Shown: positions 39,725-50,796 of the stretch, in pieces
How the letters are laid out: each line of letters starts with the position of its first letter
How positions within the stretch are numbered: position 1 is the stretch's first letter
Assembly: GCF_004010195.1 (NCBI RefSeq)
Contig: NC_057749.1
Span: 20,879,674-20,943,673 of the forward strand
Direction: 5' to 3'
From: Chiloscyllium plagiosum
Taxonomy: Eukaryota
Length of the DNA: 64,000 bases
Position numbers and translations under genes: made by a program
The notes under the pieces: model-generated
Told to the model about the DNA's origin: nothing
Seen by the model: only the letters and a program-made list of their open reading frames with translations
Database searches by the model: none

Positions 39725-40010
39725 TGTGGTGGCATAATAGCACTGCTGCTTCACGGCACCAGGGACCTGGGTTCGATTCCAGTGTCCGACAACTGCCTAT
39801 GTGGAGTTTGCGCATTCTCCCTGTGTCTGTGGGTTTCCTCCCACAGTCCAAAGATGTGCAGGTTATGTGGAATGGCCATGCTAAAAGAAAATTGTGTCAT
39901 AGTGCTCAGGATTGTATAGCTTAGGTGGATTAGCCATGGAAAATATGGGGCAACGTGGGAAGATTGGGATACTGTTCAGAGAATGGCTTGTCTCCACAGT
40001 ACAGGAATTC
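39725..40010 (+). mobile_element. HE1 SINE, diverged
   Basis: GGTTCGATTCC B box and V-domain. Confidence 0.8.
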
Positions 40011-40369
40011 CATGTATTTGTTTATGTAGAATCACAGAAACAGGCTATTTGTGTCCTTCTGCTGCTCATGATTTTCCTCCCATTCAGCTTATTCACATAT
40101 CCTTCTATCCCGTTCTCCATCCTGTCCTGTACCTAAATATTGCCATCCACTTCAATCACTGCAAGTTCCATGATGAACATGGAATGATCTACCATGTGGA
40201 GGAGTTGAGGCAAGGCCCCACAGCCTCTCTGCAGGAAATATTGAATGAATTATTGAATCGGAGGAAGAGCTATTGAGGGAGAAAAATAACTGCTTTAAGC
40301 TTTCGATTTGTCTTGCACAAAACAGGACGGGCTAGGTCACTTCCTTTTGCACCATAAATGTCTGCATTA

Positions 40370-40570
40370 AAGGTAAAGTTATCACAATCCTATTGGACCA
40401 TAGGGCTGCTGTTTGATTAAAGGGAGACGACAATTAGTGATTTAATCTGAGGGTCACCACACCTCAGGTGAGGGAGAGAAGAGTCCTTCCTGGTTACCTC
40501 AGCCAGTGCAGAAATTGAACTCACACTGCTAACATGACTCTGCCACACAGCACCTGGATAAACTAGACCT
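40370..40570 (-). mobile_element. tRNA-derived SINE, probably MetaSINE type
   Basis: Reverse strand GTTCAATT B box then CCTCACCTGAGGTGTGGTGACCCTCAG; second copy at 45980-46170. Confidence 0.6.
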
Positions 40571-42199
40571 TTAGCCCCCAACTTTGTAGAAGCAGCGACA
40601 ATATTCTGAAGCCAGGATATGTAATTAGTTGGGAAACACAGTCATTATCGCAGGATGCATCATTTGCATTGTAATTAATTCACCAAGATTTGTTCAGACA
40701 TGAAAATCAGCTCACTGCCCTTACTGTTCAGAGCAGGTCACCTGACACCCCAACTCCATTGAGTGTGACAGGAGCATGTTCGTTTTGGGTTTATACTTCA
40801 TAAGTTCAAATCAATAATGCACAATGAGCATGACAAAATGTAAATATAATTTCTTTCAACTAATATTGTATAAGTACGAGAAAATTATAATCTGTGTCTT
40901 AGAGAGCAGACAGCTAAGGTAACTTTACAATTGTCGATCTCGCTAGGATCTCAGAATTGAATGCTGTTTTCATCTCACTAATCCACATGTGTTATCCTTC
41001 AATCTATTACAACTTTTTCCTTCCTTAATCGTGACTATAAATCGTGAGAGTTAGCTTTACTTTTAACAATAACAGGCTATTTGCAACCTCAATTTAAAAA
41101 TAGATGCATAAGTGCACCATGCACTTCAGAGAAAATGTGTCCCATATAACCACTTATTCAATTTTGTCCAATCTACAGAGAAACGATGCATGATGCTTTT
41201 GGAAGATAAAATTGAAATGAAAGCAAGAGCTAAAAAGAAGGAGTTATATAATGGAGCTATTGCTAACCTTTCTGTTAGCTCGATCAGTTTAGTTGAAGGC
41301 TGTCATTGAGTCTTTTCAGTCTTGGAATTTGCAAAGTTTTGTTTGAAGTTTATTTTGAAAAAAATTATTTAAGAGAAATCTTGGAAACCTCTTCCAGTTC
41401 TGGTGTCTTAATACACATAAGAAATAGAGATAATGGAGGCTATTCAGCCCCTCAAGCCTGTTCCACCATTCAATAGGATTATGGTTTTTCTGATCGTGGT
41501 CTTAACTCCAAGTTCCAACCTGTACCCCATAATCCTCCAATGCCCTGTCAATCAAAGATCCATCTAACTCCATCCTGAATATATTCGATGACTTGGGCTC
41601 TGTTGCTCACTGAGGTAGGGAATTGCAAAGATTATTGACCCTTTGTGCCTGTTGAACATTTCCAATTTTTATCATTCCACCATTGGCATCAATGCATTCC
41701 ACTGCCTTAGCTCTGGAAATTGCAAGCAGAGGCCACTTTGCCTTTCTGCTTGACGTCACTGAGGTAGATCAGTTTTTTGTTAAGCAAATGTATTAAGGGA
41801 CTTGGGCCAAAGGCAGGTATATGGAGATAGGTCACAGATCAATCAGGATCTCATTAAATGGAAGAACATGCTTGAGAAGCTGAATGACTACTCCTCTACT
41901 TAGTTAATACCCTCCCTAACATCTAACTCTCTGATCCTACTTTTATTTTAATATTCATTCATGGGATGTGGGTCTCACTGGCTGGGTTGCCCTTGAGGAG
42001 GTGATGGTGAGCTGAAGTCTATGTGCTATAGGTTGGTCTAAAGTGCCCTTATGGAAGGAATTCCAGGTTTTGACCCAGCAACAGTGAAGGAACGGCAATT
42101 TATTTCCAAGTCAGGATGGTGAGTGGCTTGGAAGGGAACTTGCATAAGGTGGAGTTCCCATATATCTGCTGCCCCTGTCCTTCTAGGTGATAGTGTTTG

Positions 42200-44658
42200 T
42201 GATAGATAAAGTCCAATAGTACGGAGACAGGCCCTTTGGCCCAAACTGGTCCATGTCGACGAAAATGTCTATCCACATACCTATACCTACCCTACACCTA
42301 CCCTATCCCTATACCTACCAGCCTTCCTTATCACCCTGACAGGAATATGCTTTCTCTGGATTCTTGTTATCTCATTTCTGAAGGCTTCCCATTTTCCAGC
42401 CGTCCCTTTACCTGTGAACACCTGCCCCCGCTCAGCTTTTGAAAGTTCTTGCCTAACACCGTCAAAATTAGCCTTTCTCCAATTTAGAACTTCAACTTTT
42501 AGATCTGGTCTATCCTTTTCCATCACTATTTTAAAACGAATAGAATTATGGTCGCTGGCCCCAAAGTGCTCCCCCACTGACACCTCAGTCACTTGCCCTG
42601 CCTTATTTCCCAAGAGTAGGTCAAGTTTTGCACCTTCTGTCGTAGCTACATCCACATACCGAATCAGAAAATTTTCTTGTACACACTTAACATTAAATGT
42701 TGTTAATGTACCTGCCTCAACCACTTCCACTGGCAGCTTATTCCATATGCGTACCACCCTCAGTGTAAAAATGTTGCCCCTCAGGTTCCCTTTTGTTCTT
42801 TTCCCTCTAACCTTAAACTGATGCCTGCGAGTCCTCGATTCCCCAACTCTGGGAAAAAGACTGTGTGCATTCACCCTGTCAATGCCTCTTATGGTCTTAT
42901 ACACCTCTATAAGGTCATCCTTCAATCTTTTATGCTCCAAACAAAAACGTCCTGGCTTGTCCAACCTGTCCCTATAACTCAGATCATTGAATCCAGGCAA
43001 CATCCTTGTAGATTTCCTTTGCACTCCCTTCAGTTTAATAGCATTCTTCTTATAACAAGGTGACCAAAACTGAACACAATACTCCAAATGTGGACTAACC
43101 AACATCCTGTACATTTGCAACATAACTTTCCAACTTCTATACTTAATGAATGACTGATGAAGGTCAGTGTGCCAAAAGCTTTCTTAACTACCCAGTCTAC
43201 CTGGGACTCTACTTTCAGAGACTCTACTTTGCACCTGAACTCCAAGGTCCCTCTGTTCCACTACACTCCTTCAACTATCATTCGCCATGAAACTCCTACC
43301 TTGATTTGATTTTCCAAAATGCAAGACCTCACACTTATCTATATTAAACTCCATTTGCCATTTCTCGGCCTGCTTCCCCAGCTGCTCAAGGTCCTGCTAC
43401 AATTTCTGATAACCTTTCTCACTGTCCACGATATCGCCTAATTTAGTGTCATTAACAAACTTACTAATCATGTCTTGTATATTCTCATCCAAATCATTAT
43501 ATTGATAACAAACAATATTGGGCCTAGCACTGACCCCTAGTCACAAGTCACCAATCCAACAAACATGCTTCCACTATTACCCTCTGCTTTCTACCATCAA
43601 GTCAATTGTGTTTCCAATTTGCCAGCTCACCCTGGATTCCATGCAATCTAACCTTCCAGAGCAGCCTATCATGTGGAACCTTATCAAAGACCTTACTGAA
43701 ATCCATATAGACTATGTCTACTGCCCTGCCCTCGTCAACCTTCCTGGTGACTTCATCAAAATACTCTAACAAATTTGTGAGGCATGATCTCCCATGCACA
43801 AAGCCAGGCTGATTACTCGTAGTCAAACCTTGTCTTTCCAAATGCATGTAAACCTTATCTCTCAGAACCTTCTCAAGTAACTTACCCACCACAGATATTA
43901 AACTCACTGGTCTATCGTTCCCAGGCTTTTCTTTGTAGCCCTTCTTGAATAAGGACACAACATTTGCTACCTTCCAATCTTCCAGGACCTCACCTGTGAC
44001 TAACGATGATGCAAACATATCAGCCAGGGATCCCGCAATTTCTTCTGTAGCCTCTTGTAGTGTTTTTGGATATATGTCATCAGGACAAGAAGATTTATTC
44101 ACCTATCATACATTCTAATACATCCAACACCTCCTCTACTGTGATATGGACTGTCCCCAAGGTATGACAGTAACTTCTCCAAGTTCCCAAGTCCTCATGC
44201 CTTTCTCCACGGTAAATACAGGAGAGATATTCATTGGGAACCTCACCCATCTCCTGGGGTTCCACACATACACATCTACTTTGGTCATTGAGGGGCCCTA
44301 TTCTCCCTCTAGTTATTCTTTTTCCTTTAATATACTTAAAGAACCTCTATCTTCTCAACTAAGGCTATCTTCTGCCTCCTTTTGCCCTCCTGATTTCCTT
44401 CTTCAGTAATTCCTGAATACCTCCATAAATTCCCTTGATCCCAGCTGCATGTACCTGAGCCACACCTTTTTTCTCTTCAAAGCCTCCTTATCTCTTGTCA
44501 TCCAAGGTTTGCTATTCCTGCCAAACTTGCCCTTCACCCTCTCAGGAACATATAGACCTCCAGTTCCAGTTATCTCACACTGAAAGGCCTCCCACTTGCC
44601 AGAGGTCCCTTTGCCTGCAAACAAACTTACTCCAATCAACCCCTGCAAACTCCTGTCT
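42200..44658 (-). mobile_element. CR1 LINE, 5'-truncated, with a foreign CR1 segment at about 42310-42690
   Basis: PHLEYCVQFWSP, GFVHGRSCLTNL, YMDFSKVFDKVPH. Confidence 0.93.
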
Positions 44659-44740
44659 CATGCCTGATGAAGGGCTAATGCCTGCAGCATTGACTCTCCT
44701 GCTCCTCGGATGCTGCCTGACCTGCTGTGCTTTTCCAGCA
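44655..44740 (+). mobile_element. Penelope pLTR arm at a junction between two CR1 fragments
   Basis: CCTGATGAAGGGCTAATGCC...GATGCTGCCTGACCTGCTGTGCTTTTCCAGCA; no TSD seen. Confidence 0.8.
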
Positions 44741-45979
44741 TGGAAACAGACCCTTGCTAGCATTTGACCTATTTCTCTCTTCCTCTCCATATACCCATCC
44801 AGGTGCCTTTAAAATGTTGTAATTGTACCAGCCTGCACCACTTCCTCTGACAGCTCATTCCATACACGTACCACCCTCTGTGTGAAAACATGGCCACTTT
44901 GGGTCCCTTTTAAATCTTTCCCCCGCACCTTAAACCTATGCCCTCTTGTTTTGGACTGCCCACCCTGGGGAAAAAACATTGGGTACCCTAACCCCTCAGC
45001 CTCTGATGCACTAGGGAAAATAGCCACAACCTATTCAGCTTCTCTCTATAGCTCATACCCTGGCAACATCCTTGTAAATCGTTTTGGAACTCTTCAAATT
45101 TCACAGCATCTTTCCTATAGCAGGAAGTTTCTATTTTTTTTAAACACTTCCATCCCCAGTTTTCAATAACAGAGCAGAAAGTACGTTAGACGTCTTTTTA
45201 AATTAGTAAATTAACGATTGAATATGCTGACCCAAGAAGAAAAGAAATTTGATGGCCAGATTCTAAAGCAGTAACTGTCCAAAACTGTAGTGATGCCATG
45301 ACTCAAACATAAGCAAATTATTTCATTATTTACTTCCTGTGAACTACTTGAAATGCTTAAAACTAAATATGCATAATCTTTTGAAAAATATTTTTTAAAA
45401 GTTATTCTAGCAGCTTTATAGACCAGTGCCTTATTTCATTTTGTTTAATGTAATTAGATTGCCCACAGTAGGCATCATACCGGACTGCAAAGTCGGGGAA
45501 ACAGTACATCCCAATTCTTATCATTAGTGTTTTAAATAAACAGTATCTTTTTTGGATCTCAACAGGCTGAGCTTTGAACACAAGATGGGTCCTAATCTGC
45601 TTGGTGTGAAGGTATTATAATCCCCTGACCCTGACCTTCTCTCTCAGAACTGCAGAAGAGCATCAACTTGCTTTGGGTGATAGTGAGTTGCTTTCATATC
45701 TCTCCTCTATTTTGTCATATTGAGTTTAGTCAGAGACTGTTTTGATTAAGGGTCTCCATATCAGATTGGTTAGGGCTATATTCACTGAAAAGTGAGGAGT
45801 GATCTCGTAGAAACCTATAAAGTTCTAACAGGACTAGACAGGTAAACGCAGGAAGGATGTTCCTGATGATTGGGGAGTCCGTCATCAGGGATCACAGTTT
45901 AAGGATACAGGGGTGGCCAGGAACCTTTTAACAGAAAGAGGCCATTTGGCTCATCATATCCTTATCAGCCAATAGTAAT

Positions 45980-46170
45980 AGGTCACCATAGTCTTACCAG
46001 ACTATAGGGCTGTTCTCTCATTAGAGAGAGAGAGAGAGATAACTGGTTGTGATGCAGACCACCTCACCTCAGGTAAGGGGAGAGGTTGAGAGTACCAGTT
46101 CTTCTTGGTAACCTCAGCCAGTGTGGGGATTGAACCCACACCATTGGGATCACACATTAACCTTTGAGCC
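45980..46170 (-). mobile_element. tRNA-derived SINE, probably MetaSINE type
   Basis: Homologous to 40370-40570; (AG)n tract. Confidence 0.6.
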
Positions 46171-46313
46171 AACTGAGGTAAACTGACTTCTTACCAGCTA
46201 ATAAACAGCCATCAGGCTAACCGTTTTTCAACTCTCAGTCCACAGTTTCTGCGGGTTACATTATGTCAAGTGCATATTAAATCTGATGAGGATTTCTGCC
46301 TTGATCATCATTT

Positions 46314-46604
46314 GGTGGCTCAGTGGTTAGCACTGCTGCCTCACAGCACCAGTGTCCCAGGTTCAATTCCAACCTCGGATAACTGTCTGTGTGGAGTTTG
46401 CACATTCTCCCCATGTCTGCGTGGGTTTCCTCCCACAGTCTAAATTGTGCAGGTCAGGTGAATTGGTTATCCTAAATTGCCCATAGTGTTAGGTGCGTTA
46501 GTCAGAGGGAAATGGGCCTAGATGGGTTACTCTTCGGAGGGTCGGTGTGGACTTGTTGGGCCGAAGGGCCTGTTTCCACACTGCTGGGAATCTAATCTAA
46601 TCTA
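46314..46604 (+). mobile_element. HE1 SINE inside a CR1 3' tail
   Basis: 7-bp TSD ATCATTT (46307-46313 / 46605-46611). Confidence 0.92.
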
Positions 46605-46804
46605 ATCATTTCAAGCAGCAATTTCCAGATCCCCTGGGTGAAAATAATTTTGTCTCAATTTCCTTCCACCGATTATTTTAAACTTACCAGATATTGATAC
46701 CTCTTTCTGTCTGATCCACTCTATCCCAGCCCCTCATCATTGTACACACCTCCATCTGATCTCCCCTCTTCCTCCACTGTTCCAAAATAAACAATTCCAG
46801 CCCA

Positions 46805-47056
46805 TTTAAATAAAAGCAAAACACTGCAGATGTCGGAAATCTGAAATAAACCCGAAAGTGTTGGAAAAACTCTGCAGGTTTGGCAGCACCTGAGGAGAGC
46901 TCAGCTGCAGAGCTGTTCAGAGCTACAGCACCAATGTCAACATTGACTTGCCCATTGCTGAGCAATCATAGCCGCACGCAGACATTGGAGGACTGTGCAA
47001 TGGGAAAAAAAATGAGATGGAACATAGAGAGGAGCAAAACAGAGTTAATGTTTCAA
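46805..47056 (-). mobile_element. Old Penelope pLTR/tail fragment with an unrelated insert
   Basis: ACTGCAGATGTCGGAAATCTGAAA...GGCAGCACCTG and CAGAGTTAATGTTTC resemble the 27899 family. Confidence 0.7.
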
Positions 47057-47074
47057 ATTCAATCTGGCTGCAGT

Positions 47075-47545
47075 TCAGGTCTCTGAACTATAGGAAGGAT
47101 GGGATCGTACTGGAGGGAGTGTGAAGGAAATTCACCAGGATGCTGCTTGTGATGGAGCAGTTTAGCGAGGGAGTGAGGCTGGATGAGCTCAGGTTGTTTT
47201 CTTTGGAACAGAGAAGGTGAGTGAGGACCAGACTGAAGTGTCGAGATTATGAGTGGCATTAACAGGGTGAAAAGAAAACAGGTTGTCCCTTTAATCGAAG
47301 GGTTAATAACAAGGGGATATAACTTCAAAATGAAAACCAGGAGGTTTAGAGCAGATTTCTGCAAAAACATTTTATCCCAGAGAGTGGAGAATGTACTGTC
47401 CGGGAGGGTAGTTGAGGTGGGAAACCTCATAGCCTTTAAAAAGTACTTGGATGAGCCTTGAACATTCACAGGCCAAGGATGGGATAGTTGGCTTAATATG
47501 GATATGTTGGGTCAGACTGAATGGGTCGAAAGGCCTGTGCTATGC
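47075..47545 (+). mobile_element. CR1 LINE 3' fragment
   Basis: TRGYNFKM, AFKKYLDE and a CR1 tail. Confidence 0.8.
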
Positions 47546-47900
47546 TGAATGACTCAATGACTCTTCTTGGGGTAATTAGAGGCTGACAGCTTTAGAACTC
47601 ACTGTGGGAATACTCCCAGACTCCTTGGCGGGAGAGCTCAGGGAGTTGTTTAGGTGAGATTTCTGGGTTGGGGGTCATGGGCAGAGGAGGGTGTGGGTGC
47701 AGGAAGAAAGGACAGAAACTTGTCTGTCAGGGCCACCCCCTGCCCTATGTCTAGTTCCTTGGTCATGCAGTCACCTCCCTCTCCCCTTCAAACTGACAGC
47801 CCGTCCACACCTGTTTAGGACTCTAATAGTGGTGGGGCAGGAAGCTGAAGTTTGGGGTTAATACAGACAAGGTAGGGAATGTTGGTTCTGATCCATCACT

Positions 47901-47989
47901 GTCAAGATGAGAGTGGTGGTGGAAAAGCGCAGCAGGTCAGACAGCATCCAAGGAGCAGGAAAATCGACGTTTTGGACAAAAGCCCTTCA
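47901..47989 (-). mobile_element. Single tail-less Penelope pLTR arm
   Basis: 14-bp TSD TCTGATCCATCACT (47887-47900 / 47990-48003); ends inside the hammerhead core. Confidence 0.88.
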
Positions 47990-48071
47990 TCTGATCCATC
48001 ACTACCCACTTCATTGAGTTCCCTTCCCACCTCGAAGCTCGCTAAAGCTGTCAGAGTCCTTTTAAACAAGG

Positions 48072-49355
48072 AGGAAGTGAGGACTACAGATGCCGGAGAT
48101 CAGAGTCAGAGTGGTGCTGGAAAAGCACAGCAGGTCAGGCAGCATCCGAGGAGCAGGAGAATCGATATTTTGGGAGTAAGCCCTTTATTAGGAATGAGGC
48201 TGGTAAGCCTGGGGGCTGAGAGACAAGTGGGAGGAGGTGGGCTGGTAGGCATGTAGCTGGGAATGTGATGGTAGATGAAAGTGGGGGAGAAGGTGATAGG
48301 CCGGAGAGGAAGATGGAGTGGATATTTCCCTCCCCACCCCTGTCAGCATTTCAGAGAGACCATTCCTTCTGCAACTCTCTTGTCAGATCCATGCCCTCAC
48401 ACCCCCCCCACCAGTCCACACCCTACTCCCAGCACCTCCCCCTGCCACTGCAAGAACTTCAAAACATGTGCCTACACCTCCCCCCTCACCTCCAACCAAG
48501 GCCCCAAAAGATCCTTCCACATCCGACAGAAATTCACCTCTACTTCCATAAATGTCATCTACTGTATCCGTTGCATCCGATGTGGTCACCTCTACATCAG
48601 GGAGAGACAGGACGCCAACTTGCAGATCGCTTCAGAGAACATCTCTGGGACACCCGCACCAACCACCCCACTGCCCTGTGGCTGAACACTTCACCTCCCC
48701 CTGCCGCTCCACCAAGGACATGCAGGTCATGGACCTCCTCCATCACCAAACCCTAACCACCCGATACCTGGAGGAAGAACACCTCATCTTCCGTCTTGGG
48801 ACCCAGCAACCATAGGGGATTAATGTGAATTTCACCAGTTAACTCATTCCCCCCCCCCCCCCGCCCCCCCCCACCTTATCCCAGTCCCAAGCCTGCAATT
48901 GAGCACTGCCCTCTTGACCTGTCCATTGTCTTTCCCCTCTATCTGCTCCACCCTCCTCTCTGACCTATCATCTTCTCCCTCACTTTCATCTACCTATTAC
49001 ACTCTCAACTGCTTTCCCCCAAGAACACCCCTCCCCACAGCCCCCCACCCCCTTTTATCTCCCTGCCCCATCCAGGCCCACAAGCTTCATTCCCGAGGCT
49101 CCACATCAATAAACCGATGTCAATCCTGTGCAGTTGTTCTTCTGAGGGAGACCCTGGAGACTGAGGGTGCCGTCCTTTCACCGCAGGATGGAAGCCTGCA
49201 CAGTCACGCTGTATCTGAACCATGCGTTTATTTTGAGAACTTGATATGAACAGGCCAACAAGCCACATACCCGATGAAGGGCTTCTGCCCGAAACATCAA
49301 TTCTCCTGCTCCTCAGATGCTACCTGCTGTGCTTTTCCAGAACCACACTCTCTAC
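48072..49355 (+). mobile_element. Neptune-type Penelope element: frameshifted GIY-YIG ORF (about 48324-48842) and pLTR, with inverted tail-bearing arm 48072-48320
   Basis: PCHCKNFKTC linker, NVIYCIRCIRCGHLYI/GETGRQLADRFREHL, LIFRLGT; 15-bp TSD TCCTTTTAAACAAGG (48057-48071 / 49356-49370). Confidence 0.93.
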
Positions 49356-50656
49356 TCCTTTTAAACAAGGTAAATTCTATCATTTCAAACTCAGGAGTGA
49401 AAAGATGGCAATTTATTCAGCAATTTGGTGGTGACACCTTTTGGAAGATTGTCGATGTCCACAATTCTGCGGTCTCCATGAGCTGAAGCGTTAGCCCTGC
49501 TTTGGTTTACACAGATGCTGCCTTGACTTGCTGAGTATTTGCATCACCTGCTGTTTGTTTTGAGGGACATTAACAGGATGGATCTGATCCTGCAGAAAGA
49601 GTAAGTCGAATATATGGAGGAAGACGGCAGTGAAATGGTCTGTGAGTGTCAGTGGACTGGGACTGATTTTTCTTCATCACTGTAAAGCTCCCACTTCTGT
49701 CATCCCAGGGATTGGGACACGGAGTGGTTACAACTGATTTAACTTACTTTTCCTCCTTTTACTTTCTCATCTGTTTTCTCCCCTTTGCTGCTGTTTCATA
49801 TTTGTAAATCAGTATGGACACTTATTGCCTTGGTCTTGTAATGTGGCTGAAGAGGAGATGCCATGTCCCATTAATACTGTAAAGGGTATAACGCTGCACT
49901 GACTAATTCCATATGTCGTTTACTTTAGTTCTGCCTCTTTGTACAGGGATGAGGATAATTTTCCAACATATTTATTTTGTGTCAACTACAATTTTATGGC
50001 ACAGTTATTTTTTTCCCCCTAGTAGTGAACTTGTCCAACCTGGCTCCATGCAGATAAACCTTTGTTGCTTGTGATTAACTTCCACCCCTATTGCCTCACT
50101 GACAATCACCCTTTCTATTCTCGTTTCAGAAAAATAGGGAAAGCGCTTTGTTTGCACTTTGCTGCTTTTTCTGGCTGTGAATACTTTGATTAAACTGTTA
50201 GTTTTAAAATCACAGGCCCTATTTTATGTTTCATGAGCTGGGCAACTTAATCTGATCAGAGAGGTGAGTGAGCTACTGACTTCCAGACATCTATAAATAA
50301 TGCATTGAACATGTTTGCCTGGTTTATAGTGTTGTAATGCTCCCAGTTAGAATGTACGCATTTATAATAGAAGCCCAATATTATTTCCCATTCCCACTAC
50401 AGGAGTTTTTTCACAAATATCTTGTAATTTGTCAAATCCTTTTCCATTCATAATATTCCTCAATATGCCAGGCCTCTTTCCACTCACTGTAGTTAATGTG
50501 TCAAACCACTGTCACATTGCCAATTTCAGCAGCCAGGAGATTTCTTGGAGACTTACTTGTGGAAATACTTTGGAAAAAATGTCCACACAAAACTGGAGTG
50601 TCTGCCAACCTCCAGTAAAGCTCCAGGAGTTGTGTTGAGGATATTCCCAGTTTATA

Positions 50657-50794
50657 GGGCAGCATGGTGACTCACTGCTGCCTTACAATGTCAGGAACCC
50701 AAGTTTGATTCCAGCCTCAGATGACTGACTGTGTGGCTTGCACACTTTCCCCATGTCTGCATGGGTGTGCTCTGGTTTCCTCCCACAGTCCAAA
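50657..50794 (+). mobile_element. HE1 SINE 5' part; appears to resume at about 53089
   Basis: ...CCCACAGTCCAAA | GATGCGCGGGTTAGG joins to the SINE consensus. Confidence 0.75.
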
Positions 50795-50796
50795 TA

